Origin: Gordius albopunctatus
Taxonomy: Eukaryota
Direction: 5' to 3'
NCBI GenBank assembly: GCA_964276515.1
Contig: OZ193910.1
Span: forward strand, 8,060,001 to 8,124,000
Length of the DNA stretch: 64,000 nucleotides
Shown: piece by piece, positions 39,801-56,200 of the stretch
How the letters are laid out: the number at the start of each line of letters is the position of its first letter
Numbering within the stretch: the first letter of the stretch is position 1
Made by a program: the position numbers and the translations under genes
The notes under the pieces: generated by a model
What the model was told of the DNA's origin: nothing
Databases searched by the model: none
Seen by the model: only the letters and a program-made list of their open reading frames with translations

Positions 39801-42800
39801 TAGTTCTCGCAGCTTGAAACTTCTTATATGGAGTCGATCGAGAAAAATAGGATTCTCAAATTAGCTTACTTTTATATATTTTTTCAAGCTCTTTTGCATA
39901 AAATAACAAAAAATATATTTTTTCAGGTTAAAATAATTCACAATTTTTTCCTTTCAAACATATTCATCCGATGAAAGTTTTTATTTTCAGACGTGATTTC
40001 CATGATAAAAAGTTAAATTTTATCAGAATTAGAGAACTATTACTTTGAAATCATCCTCGTATAGAGGATGTTTCAAAAATTAAGCACTCACGTTGCGATA
40101 CAACAAACTAATCGCAACAATATAACGTTGACTTTTCTCAAAATGATTGTTCTCGCAACTTTAAACTTCTTATAAGGAGTCGATCGAGAATAATAGGATT
40201 CTCAAATTAGCTTATTTTTATATATTTTATCAAGCTCTTTTATATAAAATAATAAAAAATATATTATTTAGCTCCGAATAACTCACAATTTTTTCCATTC
40301 AACCATATTCATCCAATGAAAGTTTTATTTTCCGACCTGATTTCCATGATAAAAAGTTAAAATTTATCAGAATTAGAGAACTATTACTTTGAAATCATCA
40401 TCGCATAGAGCATGTTTCAAAAATTAAGCACTCACGTTGCGATACAACAAACTAATCGCAACAATATAACGTTGACTTTTCTCAAAATGATTGTTCTCGC
40501 AACTTTAAACTTCTTATAAGGAGTCGATCGAGAATAATAGGATTCTCAAATTAGCTTATTTTTATATATTTTATCATGCTCTTTTATATAAAATAATAAA
40601 AAATATATTATTTAGCTCCGAATAACTGACAATTTTTTCCATTCAACCATATTCATCCAATGAAAGTTTTATTTTCAGACGTGATTTCCATGATAAAAAG
40701 TTAAATTTTATCAGAATTAGAGAACTATTACTTTGAAATCATCATCGCATAGAGCATGTTTCAAAAATTAAGCACTCACGTTGCGATACAACAAACTAAT
40801 CGCAACAATATAACGTTGTCTTTTCTCAAAATGATAGTTCTCGCCGCTTGAAACTTCTTATATGGAGTCGATCGAGAATAATAGGATTCTCAAATTAGCT
40901 TACTTTTATATATTTTTTCAAGCTCTTTTACATAAAATAACAAAAAATATATTTTTTCAGGTTAAAATAATTCACAATTTTTTCCTTTCAAACATATTCA
41001 TCCGATGAAAGTTTTTATTTTCAGACGTGATTTCCATGATAAAAAGTTAAATTTTATCAGAATTAGAGAACTATTACTTTGAAATCATCCTCGTATAGAG
41101 CATGTTTCAAAAATTAAGCACTCACGTTGCGATACAACAAACTAATCGCAACAATATAACGTTGACTTTTCTCAAAATGATTGTTCTCGCAACTTTAAAC
41201 TTCTTATAAGGAGTCGATCGAGAATAATAGGATTCTCAAATTAGCTTATTTTTATATATTTTATCAAGCTCTTTTATATAAAATAATAAAAAATATATTA
41301 TTTAGCTCCGAATAACTCACAATTTTTTCCATTCAACCATATTCATCCAATGAAAGTTTTATTTTCCGACCTGATTTCCATGATAAAAAGTTAAAATTTA
41401 TCAGAATTAGAGAACTATTACTTTGAAATCATCATCGCATAGAGCATGTTTCAAAAATTAAGCACTCACGTTGCGATACAACAAACTAATCGCAACAATA
41501 TAACGTTGTCTTTTCTCAAAATGATAGTTCTCGCCGCTTGAAACTTCTTTTATGGAGTCGATCGAGAATAATAGGATTCTCAAATTAGCTTACTTTTATA
41601 TATTTTTTCAAGCTCTTTTACATAAAATAACAAAAAATATATTTTTTCAGGTTAAAATAATTCACAATTTTTTCCTTTCAAACATATTCATCCGATGAAA
41701 GTTGTTTTTTTCAGACGTGATTTCCATGATAAAAAGTTAAAATTTATCAGAATTAGAGAACTATTACTTTGAAATCATCCTCGCATAGAGCATGTTTCAA
41801 AAATTAAGCACTCACGTTGCGATACAACAAACTAATCGCAACAATATAACGTTGACTTTTCTCAAAATGATTGTTCTCGCAACTTTAAACTTCTTATAAG
41901 GAGTCGATCGAGAATAATAGGATTCTCAAATTAGCTTATTTTTATATATTTTATCAAGCTCTTTTATATAAAATAATAAAAAATATATTATTTAGCTCCG
42001 AATAACTCACAATTTTTTCCATTCAACCATATTCATCCAATGAAAGTTTTATTTTCCGACCTGATTTCCATGATAAAAAGTTAAAATTTATCAGAATTAG
42101 AGAACTATTACTTTGAAATCATCCTCGCATAGAGCATGTTTCAAAAATTAAGCAATCACTTTGCGATACAACAAACTAATCGCAACAATATAACGTTGAC
42201 TTTTCTCAAAATGATTGTTCTCGCAACTTTAAACTTCTTATAAGGAGTCGATCGAGAATAATAGGATTCTCAAATTAGCTTATTTTTATATATTTTATCA
42301 AGCTCTTTTATATAAAATAATAAAAAATATATTATTTAGCTCCGAATAACTCACAATTTTTTCCATTCAACCATATTCATCCAATGAAAGTTTTATTTTC
42401 CGACCTGATTTCCATGATAAAAAGTTAAAATTTATCAGAATTAGAGAACTATTACTTTGAAATCATCCTCGCATAGAGCATGTTTCAAAAATTAAGCACT
42501 CACGTTGCGATACAACAAACTAATCGCAACAATATAACGTTGACTTTTCTCAAAATGATTGTTCTCGCAACTTTAAACTTCTTATAAGGAGTCGATCGAG
42601 AATAATAGGATTCTCAAATTAGCTTATTTTTATATATTTTATCAAGCTCTTTTATATAAAATAATAAAAAATATATTATTTAGCTCCGAATAACTCACAA
42701 TTTTTTCCATTCAACCATATTCATCCAATGAAAGTTTTATTTTCCGACCTGATTTCCATGATAAAAAGTTAAAATTTATCAGAATTAGAGAACTATTACT

Positions 42801-45059
42801 TTGAAATCATCCTCGCATAGAGCATGTTTCAAAAATTAAGCAATCACTTTGCGATACAACAAACTAATCGCAACAATATAACGTTGACTTTTCTCAAAAT
42901 GATTGTTCTCGCAACTTTAAACTTCTTATAAGGAGTCGATCGAGAATAATAGGATTCTCAAATTAGCTTATTTTTATATATTTTATCAAGCTCTTTTATA
43001 TAAAATAATAAAAAATATATTATTTAGCTCCGAATAACTCACAATTTTTTCCATTCAACCATATTCATCCAATGAAAGTTTTATTTTCCGACCTGATTTC
43101 CATGATAAAAAGTTAAAATTTATCAGAATTAGAGAACTATTACTTTGAAATCATCCTCGCATAGAGCATGTTTCAAAAATTAGGCACTCACGTTGCGATA
43201 CAACAAACTAATCGCACCAATATAACGTTGTCTTTTCTCAAAATGATAGTTCTCGCAGCTTGAAACTTCTTATATGGAGTCGATCGAGAATAATAGGATT
43301 CTCAAATGAGCTTACTTTTAAATTTTTTTCAAGCTCTTTTACATAAAATAACAAAAATTATATTTTTTTAGCTCCGAATAATTCACAATTTTTTGCTTTC
43401 AAATCATATTCATCCGATGAAAGTTGTTATTTTCAGACGTGATTTCCATGATAAAAAGTTAAATTTTATCAGAATTAGAGAACTATTACTTTGAAATCAT
43501 CATCGCATAGAGCATGTTTCAAAAATTAAGCACTCACGTTGCGATACAACAAACTAATCGCAACAATATAACGTTGTCTTTTCTCAAAATGATAGTTCTC
43601 GCAGCTTGAAACTTCTTATATGGAGTCGATCGAGAATAATAGGATTCTCAAATGAGCTTACTTTTAAATTTTTTTCAAGCTCTTTTACATAAAATAACAA
43701 AAATTATATTTTTTTAGCTCCGAATAATTCACAATTTTTTGCTTTCAAATCATATTCATCCGATGAAAGTTGTTATTTTCAGACGTGATTTCCATGATAA
43801 AAAGTTAAATTTTATCAGAATTAGAGAACTATTACTTTGAAATCATCCTCGCATAGAGCATGTTTCAAAAATTAGGCACTCACGTTGCGATACAACAAAC
43901 TAATCGCACCAATATAACGTTGTCTTTTCTCAAAATGATAGTTCTCGCAGCTTGAAACTTCTTATATGGAGTCGATCGAGAATAATAGGATTCTCAAATG
44001 AGCTTACTTTTAAATTTTTTTCAAGCTCTTTTACATAAAATAACAAAAATTATATTTTTTTAGCTCCGAATAATTCACAATTTTTTGCTTTCAAATCATA
44101 TTCATCCGATGAAAGTTGTTATTTTCAGACGTGATTTCCATGATAAAAAGTTAAATTTTATCAGAATTAGAGAACTATTACTTTGAAATCATCATCGCAT
44201 AGAGCATGTTTCAAAAATTAAGCACTCACGTTGCGATACAACAAACTAATCGCAACAATATAACGTTGACTTTTCTCAAAATGATTGTTCTCGCAACTTT
44301 AAACTTCTTATAAGGAGTCGATCGAGAATAATAGGATTCTCAAATTAGCTTACTTTTATATATTTTTTCAAGCTCTTTAACATAAAATAACAAAAATTAT
44401 ATTATTTAGCTCCGAATATTTCACAATTTTTTCCATTCAACCATATTCATCCAATGAAAGTTTTATTTTCCGACCTGATTTCCATGATAAAAAGTTAAAA
44501 TTTATCAGAATTAGAGAACTATTACTTTGAAATCATCCTCGCATAGAGCATGTTTCAAAAATTAAGCACTCACGTTGCGATACAACAAACTAATCGCACC
44601 AATATAACGTTGTCTTTTCTCAAAATGATAGTTCTCGCAGCTTGAAACTTCTTATATGGAGTCGATCGAGAATAATAGGATTCTCAAATGAGCTTACTTT
44701 TATATATTTTATCAAGCTCTTTTATATAAAATAATAAAAAATATATTATTTAGCTCCGAATATTTCACAATTTTTTCCATTCAACCATATTCATCCAATG
44801 AAAGTTTTATTTTCCGACCTGATTTCCATGATAAAAAGTTAAAATTTATCAGAATTAGAGAACTATTACTTTGAAATCATCCTCGCATAGAGCATGTTTC
44901 AAAAATTAAGCACTCACGTTGCGATACAACAAACTAATCGCAACAATATAACGTTGTCTTTTCTCAAAATGATAGTTCTCGCAGCTTGAAACTTCTTATA
45001 TGGAGTCGATCGAGAATAATAGGATTCTCAAATGAGCTTACTTTTAAATATTTTTTCAA

Positions 45060-48000
45060 GCTCTTTTACATAAAATAACAAAAATTATATTTTTTTAGCT
45101 CCGAATAATTCACAATTTTTTGCTTTCAAATCATATTCATCCGATGAAAGTTGTTATTTTCAGACGTGATTTCCATGATAAAAAGTTAAATTTTATCAGA
45201 ATTAGAGAACTATTACTTTGAAATCATCATCGCATAGAGCATGTTTCAAAAATTAAGCACTCACGTTGCGATACAACAAACTAATCGCAACAATATAACG
45301 TTGACTTTTCTCAAAATGATTGTTCTCGCAACTTTAAACTTCTTATAAGGAGTCGATCGAGAATAATAGGATTCTCAAATTAGCTTATTTTTATATATTT
45401 TATCAAGCTCTTTTATATAAAATAATAAAAAATATATTATTTAGCTCCGAATATTTCACAATTTTTTCCATTCAACCATATTCATCCAATGAAAGTTTTA
45501 TTTTCCGACCTGATTTCCATGATAAAAAGTTAAAATTTATCAGAATTAGAGAACTATTACTTTGAAATCATCCTCGCATAGAGCATGTTTCAAAAATTAA
45601 GCACTCACGTTGCGATACAACAAACTAATCGCAACAATATAACGTTGTCTTTTCTCAAAATGATAGTTCTCGCAGCTTGAAACTTCTTATATGGAGTCGA
45701 TCGAGAATAATAGGATTCTCAAATGAGCTTACTTTTAAATATTTTTTCAAGCTCTTTTACATAAAATAACAAAAATTATATTTTTTTAGCTCCGAATAAT
45801 TCACAATTTTTTGCTTTCAAATCATATTCATCCGATGAAAGTTGTTATTTTCAGACGTGATTTCCATGATAAAAAGTTAAATTTTATCAGAATTAGAGAA
45901 CTATTACTTTGAAATCATCATCGCATAGAGCATGTTTCAAAAATTAAGCACTCACGTTGCGATACAACAAACTAATCGCAACAATATAACGTTGACTTTT
46001 CTCAAAATGATTGTTCTCGCAACTTTAAACTTCTTATAAGGAGTCGATCGAGAATAATAGGATTCTCAAATTAGCTTACTTTTATATATTTTTTCAAGCT
46101 CTTTAACATAAAATAACAAAAAATATATTTTTTAAGGTTAAAATAATTCACAATCTTTTCCATTCAACCATATTCATCCAATGAAAGTTTTATTTTCCGA
46201 CCTGATTTCCATGATAAAAAGTTAAAATTTATCAGAATTAGAGAACTATTTCTTTGAAATCATCATCGCATAGAGAATGTTTCAAAAATTAAGCACTCAC
46301 GTTGCGATGCAACAAACTAATCGCAACAATATAACGTTGACTTTTCTCAAAATGATTGTTCTCGCATCTTTAAACTTCTTATATGGAGTCGATCGAGAAT
46401 AATAGGATTCTCAAATTAGCTTACTTTTATATATTTTATCAAGCTCTTTTACATAAAATAACACAAATTATATTTTTTTAGCTCCGAATAATTAACAATT
46501 TTTTCCTTTCAACCATATTTAACCAATGAAAGTTGTTATTTTCAGACGTGATTTCCATGATAAAAAGTTAAAATTTATCAGAATTAGAGAACTATTCCTT
46601 TGAAATCATCATCGCATAGAGCATTTTTCAAAAATTAAGCACTCACGTTGCGATACAACAAACTAATCGCAACAATATAACGTTGACTTTTCTCAAAATG
46701 ATTGTTCTCGCAACTTTAAACTTCTTATAAGGAGTCGATCGAGAATAATAGGATTCTCAAATTAGCTTATTTTTATATATTTTATCAAGCTCTTTTATAT
46801 AAAATAATAAAAAATATATTATTTAGCTCCGAATAACTCACAATTTTTTCCATTCAACCATATTCATCCAATGAAAGTTTTATTTTCCGACCTGATTTCC
46901 ATGATAAAAAGTTAAAATTTATCAGAATTAGAGAACTATTACTTTGAAATCATCCTCGCATAGAGCATGTTTCAAAAATTAGGCACTCACGTTGCGATAC
47001 AACAAACTAATCGCACCAATATAACGTTGTCTTTTCTCAAAATGATAGTTCTCGCAGCTTGAAACTTCTTATATGGAGTCGATCGAGAATAATAGGATTC
47101 TCAAATGAGCTTACTTTTAAATTTTTTTCAAGCTCTTTTACATAAAATAACAAAAATTATATTTTTTTAGCTCCGAATAATTCACAATTTTTTGCTTTCA
47201 AATCATATTCATCCGATGAAAGTTGTTATTTTCAGACGTGATTTCCATGATAAAAAGTTAAATTTTATCAGAATTAGAGAACTATTACTTTGAAATCATC
47301 ATCGCATAGAGCATGTTTCAAAAATTAAGCACTCACGTTGCGATACAACAAACTAATCGCAACAATATAACGTTGACTTTTCTCAAAATGATTGTTCTCG
47401 CAACTTTAAACTTCTTATAAGGAGTCGATCGAGAATAATAGGATTCTCAAATTAGCTTATTTTTATATATTTTATCAAGCTCTTTTATATAAAATAATAA
47501 AAAATATATTATTTAGCTCCGAATATTTCACAATTTTTTCCATTCAACCATATTCATCCAATGAAAGTTTTATTTTCCGACCTGATTTCCATGATAAAAA
47601 GTTAAAATTTATCAGAATTAGAGAACTATTACTTTGAAATCATCCTCGCATAGAGCATGTTTCAAAAATTAAGCACTCACGTTGCGATACAACAAACTAA
47701 TCGCAACAATATAACGTTGTCTTTTCTCAAAATGATAGTTCTCGCAGCTTGAAACTTCTTATATGGAGTCGATCGAGAATAATAGGATTCTCAAATGAGC
47801 TTACTTTTAAATATTTTTTCAAGCTCTTTTACATAAAATAACAAAAATTATATTTTTTTAGCTCCGAATAATTCACAATTTTTTGCTTTCAAATCATATT
47901 CATCCGATGAAAGTTGTTATTTTCAGACGTGATTTCCATGATAAAAAGTTAAATTTTATCAGAATTAGAGAACTATTACTTTGAAATCATCATCGCATAG

Positions 48001-49040
48001 AGCATGTTTCAAAAATTAAGCACTCACGTTGCGATACAACAAACTAATCGCAACAATATAACGTTGACTTTTCTCAAAATGATTGTTCTCGCAACTTTAA
48101 ACTTCTTATAAGGAGTCGATCGAGAATAATAGGATTCTCAAATTAGCTTACTTTTATATATTTTTTCAAGCTCTTTAACATAAAATAACAAAAAATATAT
48201 TTTTTAAGGTTAAAATAATTCACAATCTTTTCCATTCAACCATATTCATCCAATGAAAGTTTTATTTTCCGACCTGATTTCCATGATAAAAAGTTAAAAT
48301 TTATCAGAATTAGAGAACTATTTCTTTGAAATCATCATCGCATAGAGAATGTTTCAAAAATTAAGCACTCACGTTGCGATGCAACAAACTAATCGCAACA
48401 ATATAACGTTGACTTTTCTCAAAATGATTGTTCTCGCATCTTTAAACTTCTTATATGGAGTCGATCGAGAATAATAGGATTCTCAAATTAGCTTACTTTT
48501 ATATATTTTATCAAGCTCTTTTACATAAAATAACACAAATTATATTTTTTTAGCTCCGAATAATTAACAATTTTTTCCTTTCAACCATATTTAACCAATG
48601 AAAGTTGTTATTTTCAGACGTGATTTCCATGATAAAAAGTTAAAATTTATCAGAATTAGAGAACTATTCCTTTGAAATCATCATCGCATAGAGCATTTTT
48701 CAAAAATTAAGCACTCACGTTGCGATACAACAAACTAATAGCAACAATATAACGTTGACTTTTCTCAAAATGATTGTTCTCGCAACTTTAAACTTCTTAT
48801 AAGGAGTCGATCGAGAATAATAGGATTCTCAAATTAGCTTATTTTTATATATTTTATCAAGCTCTTTTATATAAAATAATAAAAAATATATTATTTAGCT
48901 CCGAATAACTCACAATTTTTTCCATTCAACCATATTCATCCAATGAAAGTTTTATTTTCCGACCTGATTTCCATGATAAAAAGTTAAAATTTATCAGAAT
49001 TAGAGAACTATTACTTTGAAATCATCCTCGCATAGAGCAT
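45060..49040. repeat. Array B 6-mer duplication (2072-bp period)
   Basis: Rare variants recur at the same offset: caatcttttc at 46151/48223, gttgcgatgc at 46301/48373, gaatatttca at 45449/47521. Confidence 0.85.
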
Positions 49041-49339
49041 GTTTCAAAAATTAAGCAATCACTTTGCGATACAACAAACTAATCGCACCAATATAACGTT
49101 GTCTTTTCTCAAAATGATAGTTCTCGCAGCTTGAAACTTCTTATATGGAGTCGATCGAGAAAAATAGGATTCTCAAATTAGCTTACTTTTATATATTTTT
49201 TCAAGCTCTTTTACATAAAATAACAAAAAATATATTTTTTCAGGTTAAAATAATTCACAATTTTTTCCTTTCAAACATATTCATCCGATGAAAGTTTTTA
49301 TTTTCAGACGTGATTTCCATGATAAAAAGTTAAATTTTA

Positions 49340-52300
49340 TCAGAATTAGAGAACTATTACTTTTAAATCATCCTCGTATAGAGCATGTTTCAAAAATTAA
49401 GCACTCACGTTGCGATACAACAAACTAATCGCAACAATATAACGTTGTCTTTTCTCAAAATGAAAGTTCTCGCCGCTTGAAACTTCTTATATGGAGTCGA
49501 TCGAGAATAATAGGATTCTCAAATTAGCTTACTTTTATATATTTTATCAAGCACTTTTACATAAAATAACAAAAATTATATTTTTTTAGCTCCGAATAAC
49601 TCACAATTTTTTCCATTCAACCATATTCATCCAATGAAAGTTTTATTTTCAGACGTGATTTCCATGATAAAAAGTTAAAATTTATCAGAATTAGAGAACT
49701 ATTACTTTGAAATCATCATCGCATAGAGCATGTTTCAAAAATTAAGCACTCACTTTGCGATACAACAAACTAATCGCAACAATATAACGTTGTCTTTTCT
49801 CAAAATGATTGTTCTCGCAGCTTAAAAATTCTTATAAGGAGTCGATCGAGAATAATAGGATTCTCAAATTAGCTTACTTTTATATATTTTATCAAGCTCT
49901 TTTACATAAAATAACAAAAATTATATTTTTTAGCTCCGAATAATTCACAATTTTTTCCTTTCAAATCATATTCATCCGATGAAAGTTGTTATTTTCAGAC
50001 GTGATTTCCATGATAAAAAGTTAAAATTTATCAGAATTAGAGAACTATTACTTTGAAATCATCATCGCATAGAGCATGTTTCAAAAATTAAGCACTCACT
50101 TTGCGATACAACAAACTAATCGCAACAATATAACGTTGACTTTTCTCAAAATGATTGTTCTCGCAACTTTAAACTTCTTATAAGGAGTCGATCGAGAATA
50201 ATAGGATTCTCAAATTAGCTTATTTTTATATATTTTATCAAGCTCTTTTATATAAAATAATAAAAAATATATTATTTAGCTCCGAATAACTCACAATTTT
50301 TTCCATTCAACCATATTCATCCAATGAAAGTTTTATTTTCCGACCTGATTTCCATGATAAAAAGTTAAAATTTATCAGAATTAGAGAACTATTATTTGAA
50401 ATCATCATCGAATAGAGCATGTTTCAAAAATTAAGCAATCACTTTGCGATACAACAATCTAATCGCAACAATATAACGTTGTCTTTTCTCAAAATGATAG
50501 TTCTCGCCGCTTGAAACTTCTTATATGGAGTCGATCGAGAATAATAGGATTCTCAAATTAGCTTACTTTTATATATTTTATCAAGCACTTTTACATAAAA
50601 TAACAAAAATTATATTTTTTTAGCTCCGAATAACTCACAATTTTTTCCATTCAACCATATTCATCCAATGAAAGTTTTATTTTCAGACGTGATTTCCATG
50701 ATAAAAAGTTAAAATTTATCAGAATTAGAGAACTATTACTTTGAAATCATCATCGCATAGAGCATGTTTCAAAAATTAAGCACTCACTTTGCGATACAAC
50801 AAACTAATCGCAACAATATAACGTTGTCTTTTCTCAAAATGATTGTTCTCGCAGCTTAAAAATTCTTATAAGGAGTCGATCGAGAATAATAGGATTCTCA
50901 AATGAGCTTACTTTTATATATTTTTTCAAAATCTTTTACATAAAATAACAAAAAATATATTTTTTCAGGTTAAAATAATTCACAATTTTTTCCATTCAAC
51001 AATATTCATCCAATGAAAGTTTTTATTTTCAGACGTGATTTCCATGATAAAAAGTTAAATTTTATCAGAATTAAAGAACTATTACTTTTAAATCATCCTC
51101 GTATAGAGCATGTTTCAAAAATTAAGCACTCACGTTGCGATACAACAAACTAATCGCAACAATATAACGTTGTCTTTTCTCAAAATGAAAGTTCTCGCCG
51201 CTTGAAACTTCTTATATGGAGTCGATCGAGAATAATAGGATTCTCAAATTAGCTTACTTTTATATATTTTATCAAGCACTTTTACATAAAATAACAAAAA
51301 TTATATTTTTTTAGCTCCGAATAACTCACAATTTTTTCCATTCAACCATATTCATCCAATGAAAGTTTTATTTTCAGACGTGATTTCCATGATAAAAAGT
51401 TAAAATTTATCAGAATTAGAGAACTATTACTTTGAAATCATCATCGCATAGAGCATGTTTCAAAAATTAAGCACTCACTTTGCGATACAACAAACTAATC
51501 GCAACAATATAACGTTGTCTTTTCTCAAAATGATTGTTCTCGCAGCTTAAAAATTCTTATAAGGAGTCGATCGAGAATAATAGGATTCTCAAATTAGCTT
51601 ACTTTTATATATTTTATCAAGCTCTTTTACATAAAATAACAAAAATTATATTTTTTAGCTCCGAATAATTCACAATTTTTTCCTTTCAAATCATATTCAT
51701 CCGATGAAAGTTGTTATTTTCAGACGTGATTTCCATGATAAAAAGTTAAAATTTATCAGAATTAGAGAACTATTACTTTGAAATCATCATCGCATAGAGC
51801 ATGTTTCAAAAATTAAGCACTCACTTTGCGATACAACAAACTAATCGCAACAATATAACGTTGACTTTTCTCAAAATGATTGTTCTCGCAACTTTAAACT
51901 TCTTATAAGGAGTCGATCGAGAATAATAGGATTCTCAAATTAGCTTATTTTTATATATTTTCAAGCTCTTTTATATAAAATAATAAAAAATATATTATTT
52001 AGCTCCGAATAACTCACAATTTTTTCCATTCAACCATATTCATCCAATGAAAGTTTTATTTTCCGACCTGATTTCCAAGATAAAAAGTTAAAATTTATCA
52101 GAATTAGAGAACTATTATTTGAAATCATCATCGAATAGAGCATGTTTCAAAAATTAAGCAATCACTTTGCGATACAACAATCTAATCGCAACAATATAAC
52201 GTTGTCTTTTCTCAAAAGGATAGTTCTCGCCGCTTGAAACTTCTTATATGGAGTCGATCGAGAATAATAGGATTCTCAAATTAGCTTACTTTTATATATT

Positions 52301-52720
52301 TTATCAAGCACTTTTACATAAAATAACAAAAATTATATTTTTTTAGCTCCGAATAACTCACAATTTTTTCCATTCAACCATATTCATCCAATGAAAGTTT
52401 TATTTTCAGACGTGATTTCCATGATAAAAAGTTAAAATTTATCAGAATTAGAGAACTATTACTTTGAAATCATCATCGCATAGAGCATGTTTCAAAAATT
52501 AAGCACTCACTTTGCGATACAACAAACTAATCGCAACAATATAACGTTGTCTTTTCTCAAAATGATTGTTCTCGCAGCTTAAAAATTCTTATAAGGAGTC
52601 GATCGAGAATAATAGGATTCTCAAATGAGCTTACTTTTATATATTTTTTCAAAATCTTTTACATAAAATAACAAAAAATATATTTTTTCAGGTTAAAATA
52701 ATTCACAATTTTTTCCATTC
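49340..52720. repeat. Array B 5-mer duplication (about 1723-1725-bp period)
   Basis: tcgaatagag plus acaacaatct occurs at 50408/52131, and ttttaaatcatcctcgtata at 49361/51086. Confidence 0.85.
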
Positions 52721-53219
52721 AACCATATTCATCCAATGAAAGTTTTATTTTCCGACCTGATTTCCATGATAAAAAGTTAAAATTTATCAGAATTAGAGAA
52801 CTATTACTTTGAAATCATCATCGCATAGAGCATGTTTCAAAAATTAAGCAGTCACGTTGCGATACAACAAACTAATCGCAACAATATAACGTTGTCTTTT
52901 CTCAAAATGAAAGTTCTCGCCGCTTGAAACTTCTTATATGGAGTCGATCGAGAATAATAGGATTCTCAAATTAGCTTACTTTTATATATTTAATCAATCT
53001 CTTTTATATAAAATAACAAAAATTATATTATTTAGCTCCGAATAACTCACAATTTTTTCCATTCAACCATATTCATCCAATGAAAGTTTTATTTTCAGAC
53101 GTGATTTCCATGATAAAAAGTTAAAATTTATCAGAATTAGAGAACTATTACTTTGAAATCATCCTCGCATAGAGCATGTTTCAAAAATTAAGCACTCACT
53201 TTGCGATACAACAAACTAA

Positions 53220-56200
53220 TCGCAACAATATAACGTTGACTTTTCTCAAAATGATTGTTCTCGCAACTTTAAACTTCTTATATGGAGTCGATCGAGAATA
53301 ATAGGATTCTCAAATGAGCTTACTTTTAAATATTTTTTCAAGCTCTTTTACATAAAATAACAAAAATTATATTTTTTTAGCTCCGAATAATTCACAATTT
53401 TTTCCATTCAACCATATTCATCCAATGAAAGTTTTATTTTCAGACGTGATTTCCATGATAAAAAGTTAAAATTTATCAGAATTAGAGAACTATTACTTTG
53501 AAATCATCATCGCATAGAGCATGTTTCAAAAATTAAGCACTCACTTTGCGATACAACAAACTAATCGCAACAATATAACGTTGACTTTTCTCAAAATGAT
53601 TGTTCTCGCAACTTTAAACTTCTTATATGGAGTCGATCGAGAATAATAGGATTCTCAAATGAGCTTACTTTTAAATATTTTTTCAAGCTCTTTTACATAA
53701 AATAACAAAAATTATATTTATTTAGCTCCGAATAACTCACAATTTTTTCCATTCAACCATATTCATCCAATGAAAGTTTTATTTTCAGACGTGATTTCCA
53801 TGATAAAAAGTCAAAATTTATCAGAATTAGAAAACTATTACATTGAAATCATCATCGCATAGAGCATGTTTCAAAAATTAAGCAGTCACGTTGCGATACA
53901 ACAAACTAATCGCAACAATATAACGATGTCTTTTCTCAAAATGAAAGTTCTCGCCGCTTGAAACTTCTTATATGGAGTCGATCGAGAATAATAGGATTCT
54001 CAAATTAGCTTACTTTTATATATTTTATCAAGCTCTTTTACATAAAATAACAAAAATTATATTTTTTAGCTCCGAATAATTCACAATTTTTTCCTTTCAA
54101 ATCATATTCATCCGATGAAAGTTGTTATTTTCAGACGTGATTTCCATGATAAAAAGTTAAAATTTATCAGAATTAGAGAACTATTCCTTTGAAATCATCA
54201 TCGCATAGAGCATTTTTCAAAAATTAAGCACTCACGTTGCGATACAACAAACTAATCGCAACAATATAACGTTGACTTTTCTCAAAATGATTGTTCTCGC
54301 AACTTTAAACTTCTTATAAGGAGTCGATCGAGAATAATAGGATTCTCAAATTAGCTTATTTTTATATATTTTATCAAGCTCTTTTATATAAAATAATAAA
54401 AAATATATTTTTTAGCTCCGAATAACTCACAATTTTTTCCATTCAACCATATTCATCCAATGAAAGTTTTATTTTCCGACCTGATTTCCATGATAAAAAG
54501 TTAAAATTTATCAGAATTAGAGAACTATTACTTTGAAATCATCCTCGCATAGAGCATGTTTAAAATTAAGCACTCACGTTGCGATACAACAAACTAATCG
54601 CAACAATATAACGTTGTCTTTTCTCAAAATGATAGTTATCTCAGTTTGAAACTTCTTATATGGAGTCGATCGAGAAAAATAGGATTCTCAAATGAGCTTA
54701 CTTTTTTATATTTTTTCAAGCTCTTTTACATAAAATAACAAAAAATATGATTTTTCAGGTTAAAATAATTCACAATTTTTTCCTTTCATTCATATTCAAC
54801 CGATGAAAGTTTTTATTTTCAGACGTGATTTCAATGATTTAAAGTTAAAATTTATCAGAATTAGAGAACTATTACTTTGAAATCATCCTCGCATAGAGCA
54901 TGTTTCAAAAATTAAGCACTCACGTTGCGATACAACAAACTAATCGCAACAATATAACGTTGTCTTTTCTCAAAATGATTGTTCTCTCAGCTTGAAACTT
55001 CTTATATGGAGTCGATCGAGAAAAATAGGATTCTCAAATGAGCTTACTTTTTTATATTTTTTCAAGCTCTTTTACATAAAATAACAAAAATTATATTTTT
55101 TTAGCTCCGAATAATTCACAATTTTTTCCTTTCAAATCATATTCATCCGATGAAAGTTGTTATTTTCAGACGTGATTTCCATGATAAAAAGTTAAAATTT
55201 ATCAGAATTAGAGAACTATTACTTTTAAATCATCATCGCATAGAGCATTTTTCAAAAATTAAGCACTCACGTTGCGATACAACAAACTAATCGCAACAAT
55301 ATAACGTTGACTTTTCTCAAAATGATTGTTCTCGCAACTTTAAACTTCTTATATGGAGTCGATCGAGAATAATAGGATTCTCAAATGAGCTTACTTTTAA
55401 ATATTTTTTCAAGCTCTTTTACATAAAATAACAAAAATTATATTTTTTTAGCTCCGAATAATTCACAATTTTTTCCATTCAACCATATTCATCCAATGAA
55501 AGTTTTATTTTCAGACGTGATTTCCATGATAAAAAGTTAAAATTTATCAGAATTAGAGAACTATTACTTTGAAATCATCATCGCATAGAGCATGTTTCAA
55601 AAATTAAGCACTCACTTTGCGATACAACAAACTAATCGCAACAATATAACGTTGACTTTTCTCAAAATGATTGTTCTCGCAACTTTAAACTTCTTATATG
55701 GAGTCGATCGAGAATAATAGGATTCTCAAATGAGCTTACTTTTAAATATTTTTTCAAGCTCTTTTACATAAAATAACAAAAATTATATTTATTTAGCTCC
55801 GAATAACTCACAATTTTTTCCATTCAACCATATTCATCCAATGAAAGTTTTATTTTCAGACGTGATTTCCATGATAAAAAGTCAAAATTTATCAGAATTA
55901 GAAAACTATTACATTGAAATCATCATCGCATAGAGCATGTTTCAAAAATTAAGCAGTCACGTTGCGATACAACAAACTAATCGCAACAATATAACGATGT
56001 CTTTTCTCAAAATGAAAGTTCTCGCCGCTTGAAACTTCTTATATGGAGTCGATCGAGAATAATAGGATTCTCAAATTAGCTTACTTTTATATATTTTATC
56101 AAGCTCTTTTACATAAAATAACAAAAATTATATTTTTTAGCTCCGAATAACTCACAATTTTTTCCATTCAACCATATTCATCCAATGAAAGTTTTATTTT

